Positions 36,401 to 45,062 of a DNA stretch of 64,000 nt are shown here, in pieces. Below the pieces are notes generated by a model. That model saw nothing but the letters and a program-made list of their open reading frames with translations, made no database searches and had not been told where the DNA came from. The stretch is from assembly GCF_003851005.1 (NCBI RefSeq), contig NZ_BEXT01000001.1, positions 6,246,996 through 6,310,995 of the forward strand, read 5' to 3'. Numbering within the stretch: the stretch's first letter is position 1; every line of letters begins with the position of its first letter. A program made the position numbers and the translations under genes. The DNA is from Desulfonema ishimotonii. GTDB taxonomy: Bacteria; Desulfobacterota; Desulfobacteria; Desulfobacterales; Desulfococcaceae.

Positions 36401-39021
36401 TCCACGACCGGGACGCCGCAAAGTTATGCAGCGCCCTGGTCGCCATGCACGGCAAAATCGGCCTGCTGCGCTTCTCCCCCCGTGCCCGCGCGCTGGCCCG
36501 GCTCTTCTGGCACATCTACTTTCAGGCGTGGTCGGATGAAACCGCCCGGAACCTGATGGCCGACAAGCTGGCGGCCTTCGGGGCCATGACCCAGATCTTT
36601 CCCGGACCGGGGCAACAGGAAAATTATGTGGCAGAGCTGGAGACGATGCTCGCCGATTTTGCGGAAAAGGTTCCGCTCTTCCCGGATGCGCCCGTGCCGG
36701 AGGCGGCCCGCTACCTCTTCTGCGAGCTGAGCGGCTTTGAGACCGATGCCGGGGATGAGTTTGTGATCAGCACGGGGGCCTGGGCGGTGGCCGAGGGGCT
36801 GCTCAGCCATCTCCGGGCGGAAGGGTGTGCCGAATCGCTGGAAAAGGCGCGGGAAAAGGTGGCCCGGATTCCGGCCTCCGAGTTTGAGCTGGTGCGGGAC
36901 TGGGTGGCCGGATACGCCGCCACCCTGCCTGCGGAAAAGGATCTGAGCGACTATGTTGACGAGGCGTCCGTGCTGATCTTCACCCGGAACGCCCGGCGCA
37001 TGAACATGCCGGAGGTCTCCGTCTCTGCGGATATTGAGGGCATGGCCGGGGATCATCCGGTGATCCGGGAGGGCCGGTATCATCTCAACTACAACCGGTT
37101 TTCGGAAAAGCTCTCCTGGTACGAGGGGAACGTGGTCCCCCGGTTCAGGGAATATACGGCCCTCAGAAAGCAACTGACCGATGAGATGCGGGAGACGCTG
37201 CGGCTGTCGGAATTCAAACCCCGCGTGCTGACCTCCTTTGTCCGAAACAGGCTCATCGACCAGGTCTACCTGCCCCTTGTGGGCGACAATCTCGCCAAGC
37301 AGATCGGCGTGGCCGGGGAGGGCAAGCGCACCGACCGCATGGGGATGCTGCTGCTCATCTCGCCGCCCGGCTACGGCAAGACCACCCTGATGGAGTATAT
37401 CTCCAACCGGCTGGGCATTATTTTTATGAAGATCAACGGCCCGGCCATCGGATATCAGGTCACCTCCCTCGACCCGGCAGAGGCCCCCAATGCCAGCGCC
37501 CGCGAGGAGGTGGAAAAAATCAGTCTCGCCCTGGAGATGGGCGACAACGTGATGATCTATCTCGACGATATCCAGCACTGCAACCCGGAACTGCTGCAAA
37601 AATTCATCTCCCTCTGCGATGCCCAGCGCAAAATCGAAGGGGTGTACAAGGGGCGGACCCGGACCTATGACCTGCGGGGCAAAAAGGTGGCCGTGGTCAT
37701 GGCCGGGAACCCCTATACCGAAAGCGGCGAAAAGTTCAGAATCCCCGATATGCTCGCCAACCGGGCCGACACTTACAATCTGGGCGACATCATCGGCGAC
37801 ACGGCAGAGGCCTTTAAGCTGAGCTATCTGGAGAACGCCCTCACCTCCAATCCGGTACTCAGTCCCCTGACCAGCCGGAGCCGGAAGGATATCCACAGCA
37901 TCATGAGGATCGCCGAATCCGGGGACCGCGAGGGGATCGAGTTTGACGGCAACTATTCGGCCGAGGAGCTGAACGAGATGGTGTCGGTGATGGAAAAGCT
38001 GATCACCGTGCGCGAGGTGATTCTCAGGGTGAACCTGGAATATATCCGCTCCGCAGCCCAGGCCGACGAATACCGCACCGAACCGCCCTTCCGGTTGCAG
38101 GGGTCGTACCGGAACATGAACCGCCTTGCCGAAAGGATCGTGCCCATCATGAACCCGGAGGAGGTGAAGACCCTGCTCCTGTCCCATTATGAAAATGAGG
38201 CGCAGACCCTGACCACCGGGGCCGAGGCCAACCTGCTCAAATTTAAAAAACTGACCGGGTGGATGGACGCTGCCGAAACGGCGCGGTGGGCGGAGATCTG
38301 CCGGATGTTTAAAAAGAATCAGTTGCTCCGGGGCATGGATGATCGTGATCCGGTCACGCAGGTGGTGGGGCAGTTGTCGGCCTTTTATGACGGGCTGGAG
38401 GGCATCCGGGGGGTGCTGGCATCCGCCATGAAACAGACCGACCGGGGCATGACGCGGATCGCCTTTGCCGAGGAAACCCTGGGGCAGTTGGCGGGGCTGG
38501 TGTCGGCGGTCAGAGCGGTGGCCGCTTCATCCGCCAAAGCGGAGAAAGAGGAGACGCCCGCCGATCCGGTGCTGCCCCCGAAACTGGAGGTGGTGAACCG
38601 GATGCCCGACGGATATCTGGAACTGGTGAAGGCCCAGTTTGAAATGATGGACGCCTGGATGGAGCCAACGTTCAAGGCCACCCGGCAGCAGGCCGGGGTA
38701 CTTCAGAAACTGGGGCAGGAGATCGGAAATCTCAAGGCGGTCTATCAGGAGATCATCCATGCCCGGCAGGAGGGGGGCTGGCAGGATATCGAGAAGTTCG
38801 ACGTGGCGCTCAGGGTCAATCCCAAGGACCACAAGTCCTATTACAAGCGCGGGCTGGCGTGGTACAATAAAAACAAGGTCAGCCGGGCGCTGAGCGATTT
38901 CAAAAACGCCCTCGATCTTCAGCCCAAAAACAAAAAATACCAGCGGATCGTGGCCCATCTGGAGGCGGAGCTGACCACCGATAAGGGAGAGGGAGAGAAT
39001 TACAAATCGACGATCTGGTAG
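33496..39021 (+). CDS. Giant 1841-aa multidomain protein of unknown function. It has a beta-rich N-terminal ~470 aa, a long alpha-helical/coiled-coil middle, a MoxR/McrB/dynein-like AAA+ P-loop module (Walker A ISPPGYGKTT, Walker B VMIYLDDIQH, sensor-1 AGNPY) at about aa 1280-1450, and C-terminal helical repeats ending in TPR.
   Basis: Single uninterrupted ORF with RBS AGGAGG 9 nt upstream. Walker A is at nt ~37369-37386 and Walker B at ~37555-37580. TPR-like KSYYKRGLAWYNKNKVSRALSDFKNALDLQP lies at the C-terminus. Confidence 0.85.
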   Translation: MAQTEHSAEKTGADATLEGGTYEIIRNRLLNHGKALRERLEKLDGSRREIFGAIEQTLLATERITTRHNCVPRDMVSVNGTRFVFGYNVHMGLKTEIQISDVFSVYQYKERQFRQLPWEVLDSGRFEEDLKNLYKYYKDTRFIKFSVIGPHLYMVFRVSKSSRDIKAFKWLIQDSTLTYMDNRSDHEVRFPGQHDFEWTRTTRDDHRPGSHPHVSVRDRVFVETVGGDITFKVEDNTEIGQGIYAEPVENPDQTLDDAEIAYAVMGHIILVRIRPYQEARFRYFIYNDKTRTVCRADDMEQACVQLPDDQGLIFSNGYYLESGELRRFESGMRDMMFESRIASPNGEDFLYVFYDQESGNYALLSYNLIRQQVETPLPCNGFSLFDSGEMILFRADREPVRHHVIQVWQTPYMSGEHAFAEKSDAFLYKVGNPDIVRCMAECNTLIRLINREDLYAALYVDMVKKARDIADAYFWIDNPEAFNLREVLSEIRKAASGAVDEFEKVVRLKKSTADAVARVTDRSREILDRAAPEYMESIDDFVRGLAALRGVRGEIISLGELRHVDTEAVARLDREVSEAVDRMSGLCVEFLLKPEALGPYEARVAEAGEQVESLSRVTDASALQEKTEAASEALEMLIEIVSNLKIEDATQTTRIIDNISAIYSRLNQVRAALKNKKKRLQSIEGVAQFNAQMKLLSQSVINYIDICDTPEKCDEYLTKIMISVEELEGRFADFDEFIGQISEKRDEVYAAFESKKLALAEARNRRATALMDAAERILRGVQNRVATLEEVSAINAYFASDLMIEKVRDIVTQLLEISDTVKADDIQSRLKTIREDTVRQLKDRKELYAEGENIIRFGNHSFSVNTQPLDLTMVLRDGVRMFHLTGTDFFEPVADAAFEATRPVWDMAVISEDKTVYRGEYLAFQMLRAFEAEDGETRTRFGAFSDAEWEEHTRTFMGQRYAEGYVKGVHDRDAAKLCSALVAMHGKIGLLRFSPRARALARLFWHIYFQAWSDETARNLMADKLAAFGAMTQIFPGPGQQENYVAELETMLADFAEKVPLFPDAPVPEAARYLFCELSGFETDAGDEFVISTGAWAVAEGLLSHLRAEGCAESLEKAREKVARIPASEFELVRDWVAGYAATLPAEKDLSDYVDEASVLIFTRNARRMNMPEVSVSADIEGMAGDHPVIREGRYHLNYNRFSEKLSWYEGNVVPRFREYTALRKQLTDEMRETLRLSEFKPRVLTSFVRNRLIDQVYLPLVGDNLAKQIGVAGEGKRTDRMGMLLLISPPGYGKTTLMEYISNRLGIIFMKINGPAIGYQVTSLDPAEAPNASAREEVEKISLALEMGDNVMIYLDDIQHCNPELLQKFISLCDAQRKIEGVYKGRTRTYDLRGKKVAVVMAGNPYTESGEKFRIPDMLANRADTYNLGDIIGDTAEAFKLSYLENALTSNPVLSPLTSRSRKDIHSIMRIAESGDREGIEFDGNYSAEELNEMVSVMEKLITVREVILRVNLEYIRSAAQADEYRTEPPFRLQGSYRNMNRLAERIVPIMNPEEVKTLLLSHYENEAQTLTTGAEANLLKFKKLTGWMDAAETARWAEICRMFKKNQLLRGMDDRDPVTQVVGQLSAFYDGLEGIRGVLASAMKQTDRGMTRIAFAEETLGQLAGLVSAVRAVAASSAKAEKEETPADPVLPPKLEVVNRMPDGYLELVKAQFEMMDAWMEPTFKATRQQAGVLQKLGQEIGNLKAVYQEIIHARQEGGWQDIEKFDVALRVNPKDHKSYYKRGLAWYNKNKVSRALSDFKNALDLQPKNKKYQRIVAHLEAELTTDKGEGENYKSTIW

Positions 39022-39043
39022 GGAGGCATGAAATTGTTTTCCT

Positions 39044-39180
39044 GACGACAGGGCGGGGCCACATTCCCGCCGAAAACTGCCGCCTCCCCCGAAAGCGCCG
39101 CCGTGGAAGGCGGCACTACCGTCATGTCGGAAACCGACGGTAGCGCGGGGTTCCATCCCCGCGAAAACGGCTATTTCCCC
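39044..39180 (+). repeat. Family C palindromic element, divergent copy 4, directly after the giant ORF stop.
   Basis: GACAGGGCGGGGCCACATTCCCGCCGAAAAC ... GACGGTAGCGCGGGGTTCCATCCCCGCGAAAACGG. It keeps the paired-hairpin architecture at the same ~25-nt spacing from the stop as the other copies. Confidence 0.55.
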
Positions 39181-39860
39181 GAATCGCCCCTCCCGCCCAG
39201 ATATCCCCCCCGCAGTTTGCCGGAAATGACCGGAAGCGTATCGGGCGGAGGGGGCCGGAAGCCGAAGGCGATCTCTAAAAAGGTCATCACAATCCGAAAG
39301 GTCGCCCCCCACAACACCTCGCTTTCCGCGCCGGCTTCGTACCGGAAACACGGGAAATCCTGTGAGGCCCGGTTCAGTTTTCTTCGGATCCGGGCGTCGT
39401 ATTGAACCCGGTAGCAGGCGTAGTGGGCCGGTTCCAGCAGTGATTTCAACGGAATATAGACAACGCGGTCCACTTCCCGGTTGGGGTGAAAATGCTTTTG
39501 CCGGGAGACCCAGCCGACCAGGGGATAGATCACCCGTCGGAATATCCGAAGCCGCTCCGGGGGAAGGGGGCCGATCAGCTTCACCCCGAAGGGGTTGAGG
39601 CGCATCTCCTCAAAGCCCTCCCGCAGGCCGGTGGCGAAAAAAAGCGACAGGCGGCGGGCGGCTGCCGGATGATGGCGTTGCCAGTGGGACCAGTGGGGCC
39701 AGCGGGTCATGGGAAATCCCGGCAGGGTGATCATTCTGGAGAGACAGGTATCGAGCCGGGGGTCAGGCTGCCACCCGGACAGCAGAGGTCTCCGGGCTGG
39801 GGGACGTTCCCGGAGCGCTTGTTGAGGATCAGGCAGGGACCGGTCCCGTTTGTGCCACAC
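39171..39860 (-). CDS. Divergent Nudix-family protein resembling CoA pyrophosphatase (NudL) with a degenerate Nudix box.
   Basis: ATGLREGFEEMRLNPFGVKLIGPLPPERLRIF..VIYPLVGWV aligns with NudL [23 protein letters not shown]...PVVG. The N-terminal NuCoA motif is poorly conserved and the start is uncertain (alternatives at 39734 and 39710). Confidence 0.4.
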   Translation of the reverse strand: MWHKRDRSLPDPQQALRERPPARRPLLSGWQPDPRLDTCLSRMITLPGFPMTRWPHWSHWQRHHPAAARRLSLFFATGLREGFEEMRLNPFGVKLIGPLPPERLRIFRRVIYPLVGWVSRQKHFHPNREVDRVVYIPLKSLLEPAHYACYRVQYDARIRRKLNRASQDFPCFRYEAGAESEVLWGATFRIVMTFLEIAFGFRPPPPDTLPVISGKLRGGYLGGRGDSGK

Positions 39861-40313
39861 TGCTGCCCCAGCAGCAGCAGCACCGCAGAGAGGGTGGCCG
39901 GATCAGACGGGTCCGGGGGAAAAGCCGGTCACGGGGCTTCTGTTCGTGAAGGGCATGGGATAAATACCGGACCAGACGGGCCGGTTCTCCGGTCAAAAGC
40001 GGAAATTTCGATTCTGTCTTCAATGCTTGTTCCTGTCTGTGGGTTGCCCAGTGCCGATGCGTAATGGGCATCAGCATATTCAGTTATACGCCGTCTGCTT
40101 TGGAAACTGTGGTTTTTCCAAAACCGCGTCATGCCTGCAAAAGCAGGTATCTCATCAGAGCGTCCATGTATTTCCGCTTTCACGGGAATGACGGTCGGGA
40201 TAAAAACCCCGGTTTTCAACGTGAACACAGTATATAAAACAAAAAAGGCCGCTTGCACAAGCGGCCTGAGACGGGCAGGGAAAAATTCCCGGTCCGCAAT
40301 CGTCCGGTCTGTC

Positions 40314-40892
40314 TTACCGGTGGGTCGCCTCAATCTCGATATGAATGGTGATCTCCTCGCCGACCACATCACCGCCCGTGCCCCAGTTGATCCCGAAATC
40401 CCTTCTGCTGATCTTCGTGGTGGCGGTAAAGGCCGTCCGGAAATTGCCCCACGGATCTTTGATGCTGCCCCCGTGTTCGGCATCCAGCACCACCTCACGG
40501 GTAACGCCGTGAAGTGTCAGATCGCCCGCCAGCCTGAACTGCTGCCCGCTGACCTCCCGGACGGCCCTGCTTTTGAATGTCATTTTCGGATACCGGGCCG
40601 CGTCAAAAAACTCCTCGGATTTCAGATGGCGGTCCCGCTTTTCCACATCGGTGTTCAGGCTATTGATGTCGATTTCGGCCTCGGCCCTGAGATCGCTGAG
40701 CTGTTTTCCGTCAAACTGAATGGTGCCGGTCACGCCCGGAAACCGTCCGGTGATCCGGCTGATGCCGAGATGCCGGACCCTGAAAAGGGCCTGGCTGTGG
40801 GACGTGTCAATGGTGTACGTTTCCGCATGAACGCCCGAAACGGTGAGCGCAACCAGTGCTATCGTAAAAATAACGGATTTATATTGCAGCAT
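40314..40892 (-). CDS. YceI-family periplasmic polyisoprenoid-binding protein.
   Basis: Signal peptide MLQYKSVIFTIALVALTVSGVHA, then YTIDTSHSQALFRVRHLGISRITGRF, typical of YceI. Confidence 0.8.
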   Translation of the reverse strand: MLQYKSVIFTIALVALTVSGVHAETYTIDTSHSQALFRVRHLGISRITGRFPGVTGTIQFDGKQLSDLRAEAEIDINSLNTDVEKRDRHLKSEEFFDAARYPKMTFKSRAVREVSGQQFRLAGDLTLHGVTREVVLDAEHGGSIKDPWGNFRTAFTATTKISRRDFGINWGTGGDVVGEEITIHIEIEATHR

Positions 40893-41152
40893 ATCTGCCT
40901 CCGTTTGTGTGGTGTTAAAGAATCCCCGCGCCCTGTCCTGAGCGATTTTTTTCTGCCGGTCAGACCTGATGAACGCATCAGCCGCAGGCGGCACCGCTTT
41001 TCGGCGGCCTGATGGATGAGGCATCGGGGCGGGTGCCTCATCCATCAGGCCTCATTCCCGCAGAATCAGGAATCCATAAGCCTTTGGAATAAAATATTGT
41101 TGCTTTCAATTAAACGGCAGGAAATGAATGAAACGGACTTTTTGTGACGCCA

Positions 41153-41980
41153 TCAGGCTTTATGTTCGTATATGTGGACATCCCGCTGGGGATAGGGGAT
41201 ATTGATGCCCGCCCCATCAAAGCGTTTTTTAACCACTTCGTTCAGGTCAAACATGACCCCCCAGTAATCTTCTGCCCGGACCCAGGGCCTGACTACAAAA
41301 TTGACGCTGCTGTCCGCCAGTTCGGATACGGCGATCTGAGGGGCAGGCGTTTCCAGGATACGCGGTTCACTGGCAATGATATCGTTTATGATATCCCGCG
41401 CCTTATCGATATCGTCCCCGTATCCGATGCCCATCACCATATCCACGCGCCGGGTGCCTTTGGCGGAGTAGTTGACGATATTGTCATCGGTCACTTTGGC
41501 GTTGGGGATGATGATGGTTTTGTTGTCCGGGGTTTTCAACTGCGTGGTGAAGATCTGAATCTCCTCCACGGTCCCCGTCACCCCGGCCGCCTCGATGATA
41601 TCCCCGACCTTGAAGGGCCGGAAGATAATCATCAGCACGCCTGCGGCAAAGTTGGAGAGCGAGCCCTGGAGCGCGAGACCTACGGCCAGACCGGCGGCAC
41701 CGATGATCGCAATGAAGGAGGCGGTCTGTATCCCGAGCTGGTTGAGGGCGGCCAGGACCACAAAGGTCATCAGGGCCACATAGGTCAGGTTGGTGATAAA
41801 GGTGATAAGGGTCTGATCAACCTTGCCCTTTTCCATCATCCGCCGAACAACATGTCTCAGAATTTTGGCGATCCAGCGTCCGATAATCAGCACCGCCAGG
41901 GCGCCGATCACCTTCAGGCCGTAAATGGTGCAGATTTGCCATACTTTTTCGAGCAGCACTTCGATCCGGTCAATATCCAT
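41153..41980 (-). CDS. Small-conductance mechanosensitive channel (MscS family).
   Basis: Three N-terminal TM helices and the conserved pore helix and beta domain (AAGVLMIIFRPFKVGDIIEAAGVTGTVEEIQIFTTQLKT). Confidence 0.85.
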   Translation of the reverse strand: MDIDRIEVLLEKVWQICTIYGLKVIGALAVLIIGRWIAKILRHVVRRMMEKGKVDQTLITFITNLTYVALMTFVVLAALNQLGIQTASFIAIIGAAGLAVGLALQGSLSNFAAGVLMIIFRPFKVGDIIEAAGVTGTVEEIQIFTTQLKTPDNKTIIIPNAKVTDDNIVNYSAKGTRRVDMVMGIGYGDDIDKARDIINDIIASEPRILETPAPQIAVSELADSSVNFVVRPWVRAEDYWGVMFDLNEVVKKRFDGAGINIPYPQRDVHIYEHKA

Positions 41981-42149
41981 GACGAATTTCCTTTCCTTTC
42001 ATCAGACGTTAAATGTTAGGGGAAACGCTTTAACCCGGACAGGGCTTGCAAAAAAGAATTGTAATGGGGTACGGGGTTTCAGAAGACGGGGCCTGTGCAG
42101 CGTCCGCCTGCCATATGCCGCGCCGACCTGAAACCATACATCTGACAAT

Positions 42150-42365
42150 TAACGAATTTCGGCTCTTTGGGAATTCGCGGGGTAGTAAAACTGATGTATT
42201 CCGATAATATGTCTGAATAACGAGCTGTTATGTCCGATAAGGCTTCGAAATCCCGAACACATTGAAAAATGACCTCATTTTATTAAAGTTCAATACTTAA
42301 AGGCTGTTACACTGATAACCATATTTTACTACCCCGCAAGATCCCAAAGAGCCCGAATTTCTTTC
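42150..42365. mobile_element. ~215-bp MITE with ~38-bp terminal inverted repeats (..GGCTCTTTGGGAATTCGCGGGGTAGTAAAA / TTTTACTACCCCGCAAGATCCCAAAGAGCC..) and an AT-rich core.
   Basis: Perfect 14-bp core TIR GCGGGGTAGTAAAA at 42177-42190 against TTTTACTACCCCGC at 42325-42338, extended by imperfect flanking inverted repeats. No ORF. Confidence 0.55.
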
Positions 42366-42432
42366 AAAAATAATAATCCGTTTCTCATCAAGTGCAACAG
42401 GGGGAATGCAATTTTACCCCTTCCAGGTCCGG

Positions 42433-42515
42433 CCTTATATCGTTTCTGTTTTGAACATATTTCATTATCCGGCGTTCAGACTTTAAGCCCGAACGCCTTT
42501 GAAAACAATACGTTC
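42433..42515. repeat. Family D repeat copy (..ATCGTTTCTGTTTTGAACATA...GAACGCCTTTGAAAACAATACG).
   Basis: Shares the TTTTGAAA.../GAACGCCTTTGAAAA core with the 12640, 15935 and 45366 copies. Confidence 0.4.
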
Positions 42516-42580
42516 CGACACCGGAACTTCATTCCGCCAATTCGAGCAAGGGACGTTGAAAAAATAAGAATACCGATATC

Positions 42581-42625
42581 CGTCAACGGTAGGACGGGGT
42601 TACGCCCCCGTCAGCGCTGTCGGCA
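42581..42625. repeat. Family C element fragment (single hairpin arm).
   Basis: GGTAGGACGGGGTTACGCCCCCGTCAGCG matches the terminal hairpin of family C. Confidence 0.4.
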
Positions 42626-42667
42626 GGTTCGACATCCCTGATGGCGAATCTCATCTGTGATTCAGTA

Positions 42668-44461
42668 TTACACATCGAAGGTCAGGTCGTCGGGCCATTC
42701 CCGGTCATGGCCGTCCATCGGCCCCTTTTTGCACGCATCAATAACGGCCTGATCCCCCTCTGTCATCAGGTCGCGGCCCGGATCAACATTGTTGAACAGC
42801 TTCCAGAGCATGAGCGATGCGTCGTTCAGGTCGATCCCCTTATCAAAGAGAAGGATAATATTGAACATCTCCAGGGCCGGCAGCCTGAAGAGCATGGCCG
42901 CAAAATCCCTGCCCCCCCGCCCGGCCTCTTTTTCCACGGTCATGGTCAGTATCCGGTTGCGCGCCCCCTCCCGGGCCGAGAGTTCGGGGAAGAGGTGGCG
43001 GCATGACACCGCACCGGGGATGCTGGTCTGCATGAGCGCGGAAAGGCCGTCCGGGGAAGGAGCCTCTCTGAAGGCCGCCGGTTTCCTTCTGGGCGGTTCG
43101 CCGCTGAACCGCGTGGTCAGATCCAGGCCGATCTTGTTGCCGAAATTGGGAAAGGGGGACGAGTGGTCCAGCACATCCAGCACCCCTTTGGAGAGGGTGA
43201 TATCCGAGTGAATATCGAGTTTCATGAGCAGCTCCCGGAGTACCTGTTCGGAATCCTGGGGAGGAATATCCTTATCCACCACGGTGATGGCCTTGCAGAA
43301 GCTCATCTGCCCCTGTCCCCACAGGCCGCTCATAATTTTCTGGGCGTGGCCGGGATATTCCTTGTCGATGGACACCACCACGATATTGTGAAACACCCCC
43401 TCCCAGGGCAGCCAGTAGTCCTGTATCTCCGGGATCACCGCCTGAAGCATGGGCAGGAACAGGCGTTCCGTCGCCTTGGCCAGATAACAGTCCTCCATGG
43501 GCGGGCGGCCCACCAGGGTGGCGTTGTAAACCGGGTTGCGCCGATGGGTCAGGGCGGTGACATGGAACACCGGGTAGTGATCGGCCAGGGAATAATATCC
43601 GGTGTGATCCCCGAAGGGCCCCTCGGTCCTCAGCTCATCCGGGTCCACATAGCCCTCCAGCACAAACTCGGCCTCGGCCGGCACCTCCAGGTCCACGGAA
43701 ACGCATTTTGCCATTGTCACCGGTTTTTTGCGGATAAACCCGGCCAGCAGCATCTCATCCACGCCTCTGGGCATGGGGGCCGTGGCCGCAAAGGTGGTGG
43801 CCGGGTCCGCGCCGATGGCGACCGCGACCGGCATCCGTTTTCCGGCCCGTCGGTATTCGTTATAATAGTGGGAACCGTCCTTGTGGATGTGCCAGTGCAT
43901 TCCGGTGGTGTTCCGGTCGAAGATCTGCAACCGGTACATTCCCACATTCCGCTTTCCCGTCTCAGGGCTTCGGGTGAACACCAGGGGAAGCGTCACAAAG
44001 GGGCCGCCGTCATGGGGCCAGCAGTGCAGGACCGGCAGCCGGGTCAGATCGACCTGATCGCCGGTCAGGACAACCTCCTGGCAGGGCGGTTTTTTTCCCC
44101 GGAAGGTGCGGGGGAAGAATTGCGTCACGCCCACCGCCAGCGGGATGATGTTGAGGGCCTCTTTCAGATTTTTGGGCGGGTTGAATTCGATATATGCCCG
44201 GATCCGGTCCGCCAGGTCGTCCAGATGCCGGACGCCCATGGCCATGCAGATCCGTTTCGGGCTGCCGAAGATGTTGGTGGCAACCGGAAAGGACGAGCCG
44301 CTGACCTTTTCAAAGAAAAGCGCCTTGCCGCCGTCCCTGCTTTTGGACTCACGGTCCGTGTATTTGCTGATTTCCAGGTGCGGTGAGACCTCTTTCCTGA
44401 TATATCTGATCTCTCCGGCCTTATCGAGGGCATTCAGAAATTCTCTCAGATTTTTATACAA
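42668..44461 (-). CDS. ubiD: UbiD-family (prFMN-dependent) decarboxylase, probably the futalosine-pathway late-step MqnL-like / menaquinone decarboxylase.
   Basis: 597 aa with an N-terminus MYKNLREFLNALDKAGEIRYIRKEVSPHLEIS typical of UbiD; paired with ubiX. Confidence 0.85.
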   Translation of the reverse strand: MYKNLREFLNALDKAGEIRYIRKEVSPHLEISKYTDRESKSRDGGKALFFEKVSGSSFPVATNIFGSPKRICMAMGVRHLDDLADRIRAYIEFNPPKNLKEALNIIPLAVGVTQFFPRTFRGKKPPCQEVVLTGDQVDLTRLPVLHCWPHDGGPFVTLPLVFTRSPETGKRNVGMYRLQIFDRNTTGMHWHIHKDGSHYYNEYRRAGKRMPVAVAIGADPATTFAATAPMPRGVDEMLLAGFIRKKPVTMAKCVSVDLEVPAEAEFVLEGYVDPDELRTEGPFGDHTGYYSLADHYPVFHVTALTHRRNPVYNATLVGRPPMEDCYLAKATERLFLPMLQAVIPEIQDYWLPWEGVFHNIVVVSIDKEYPGHAQKIMSGLWGQGQMSFCKAITVVDKDIPPQDSEQVLRELLMKLDIHSDITLSKGVLDVLDHSSPFPNFGNKIGLDLTTRFSGEPPRRKPAAFREAPSPDGLSALMQTSIPGAVSCRHLFPELSAREGARNRILTMTVEKEAGRGGRDFAAMLFRLPALEMFNIILLFDKGIDLNDASLMLWKLFNNVDPGRDLMTEGDQAVIDACKKGPMDGHDREWPDDLTFDV

Positions 44462-45062
44462 GATCTTTGTCTCCCCATCGTCTGATCAGATCGGTTTCAA
44501 TACCGAGTTGGTCCAGCGCCCTGGTAACAGTGCCGTCCACAATATCGGCAAGGGTCCGGGGGCGGGTGTAAAATCCCGGGCAGGGCGGCATGATGGTGGC
44601 CCCGGCCCGGACGGCCTTCTGCATGTTTTCGAGGTGGATCAGGCTGAGGGGTGTCTCGCGGGTCAGCAGCACCAGAGGCCGCCGCTCCTTGAGGCAGACA
44701 TCGGCGGCCCGGTGAATCAGATCATCGGCGATCCCGGCGGCAATGGCCCCCAGCGTTTTCATGGAACAGGGTGCGATGATCATGCCGTGGTGGCGGAATG
44801 ACCCGCTGGCCGGGGGGGCGAACAGATCGTCCGGCTCATAAACACGGAGCCGGGCTTCCGGGTGCGGCACAATGCCCTCGCTTTTCAGAAAGGCCTCCGG
44901 CGATCCGCCGGTATAGGCGGTTTCATGAACCATGACCTTTTTTCCGGCGGCGGATACGGACAGAAACACCTCCGTCGGCATGTTCAGAAGGGCCTTCAGC
45001 AGCCGGATCCCGTATATGGAACCGGACGCGCCGCAGATGGCGACCACTATTTTTTTTTTCAT
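44454..45062 (-). CDS. ubiX: Flavin prenyltransferase UbiX (prFMN synthase).
   Basis: MKKKIVVAICGASGSIYGIRLLKALL; start at the internal ATG 45062 (the track ORF runs to 45161). Overlaps ubiD by 8 nt. Confidence 0.85.
   Translation of the reverse strand: MKKKIVVAICGASGSIYGIRLLKALLNMPTEVFLSVSAAGKKVMVHETAYTGGSPEAFLKSEGIVPHPEARLRVYEPDDLFAPPASGSFRHHGMIIAPCSMKTLGAIAAGIADDLIHRAADVCLKERRPLVLLTRETPLSLIHLENMQKAVRAGATIMPPCPGFYTRPRTLADIVDGTVTRALDQLGIETDLIRRWGDKDLV

Noticed and set aside
33457-38187. Antisense ORFs of 895 aa (33457-36144) and 587 aa (36424-38187) inside the giant gene.
   Set aside because: Both have high-GC antisense artefact composition (rich in G, R, H, P, L) with no domain signatures. 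The sense frame is one continuous 1841-aa ORF with RBS and P-loop motifs.
40131-44386. Plus-strand ORFs 40131-41012, 41144-42019 and 43163-44386.
   Set aside because: They are shadows of the minus-strand yceI, mscS and ubiD genes, which have unambiguous family signatures.
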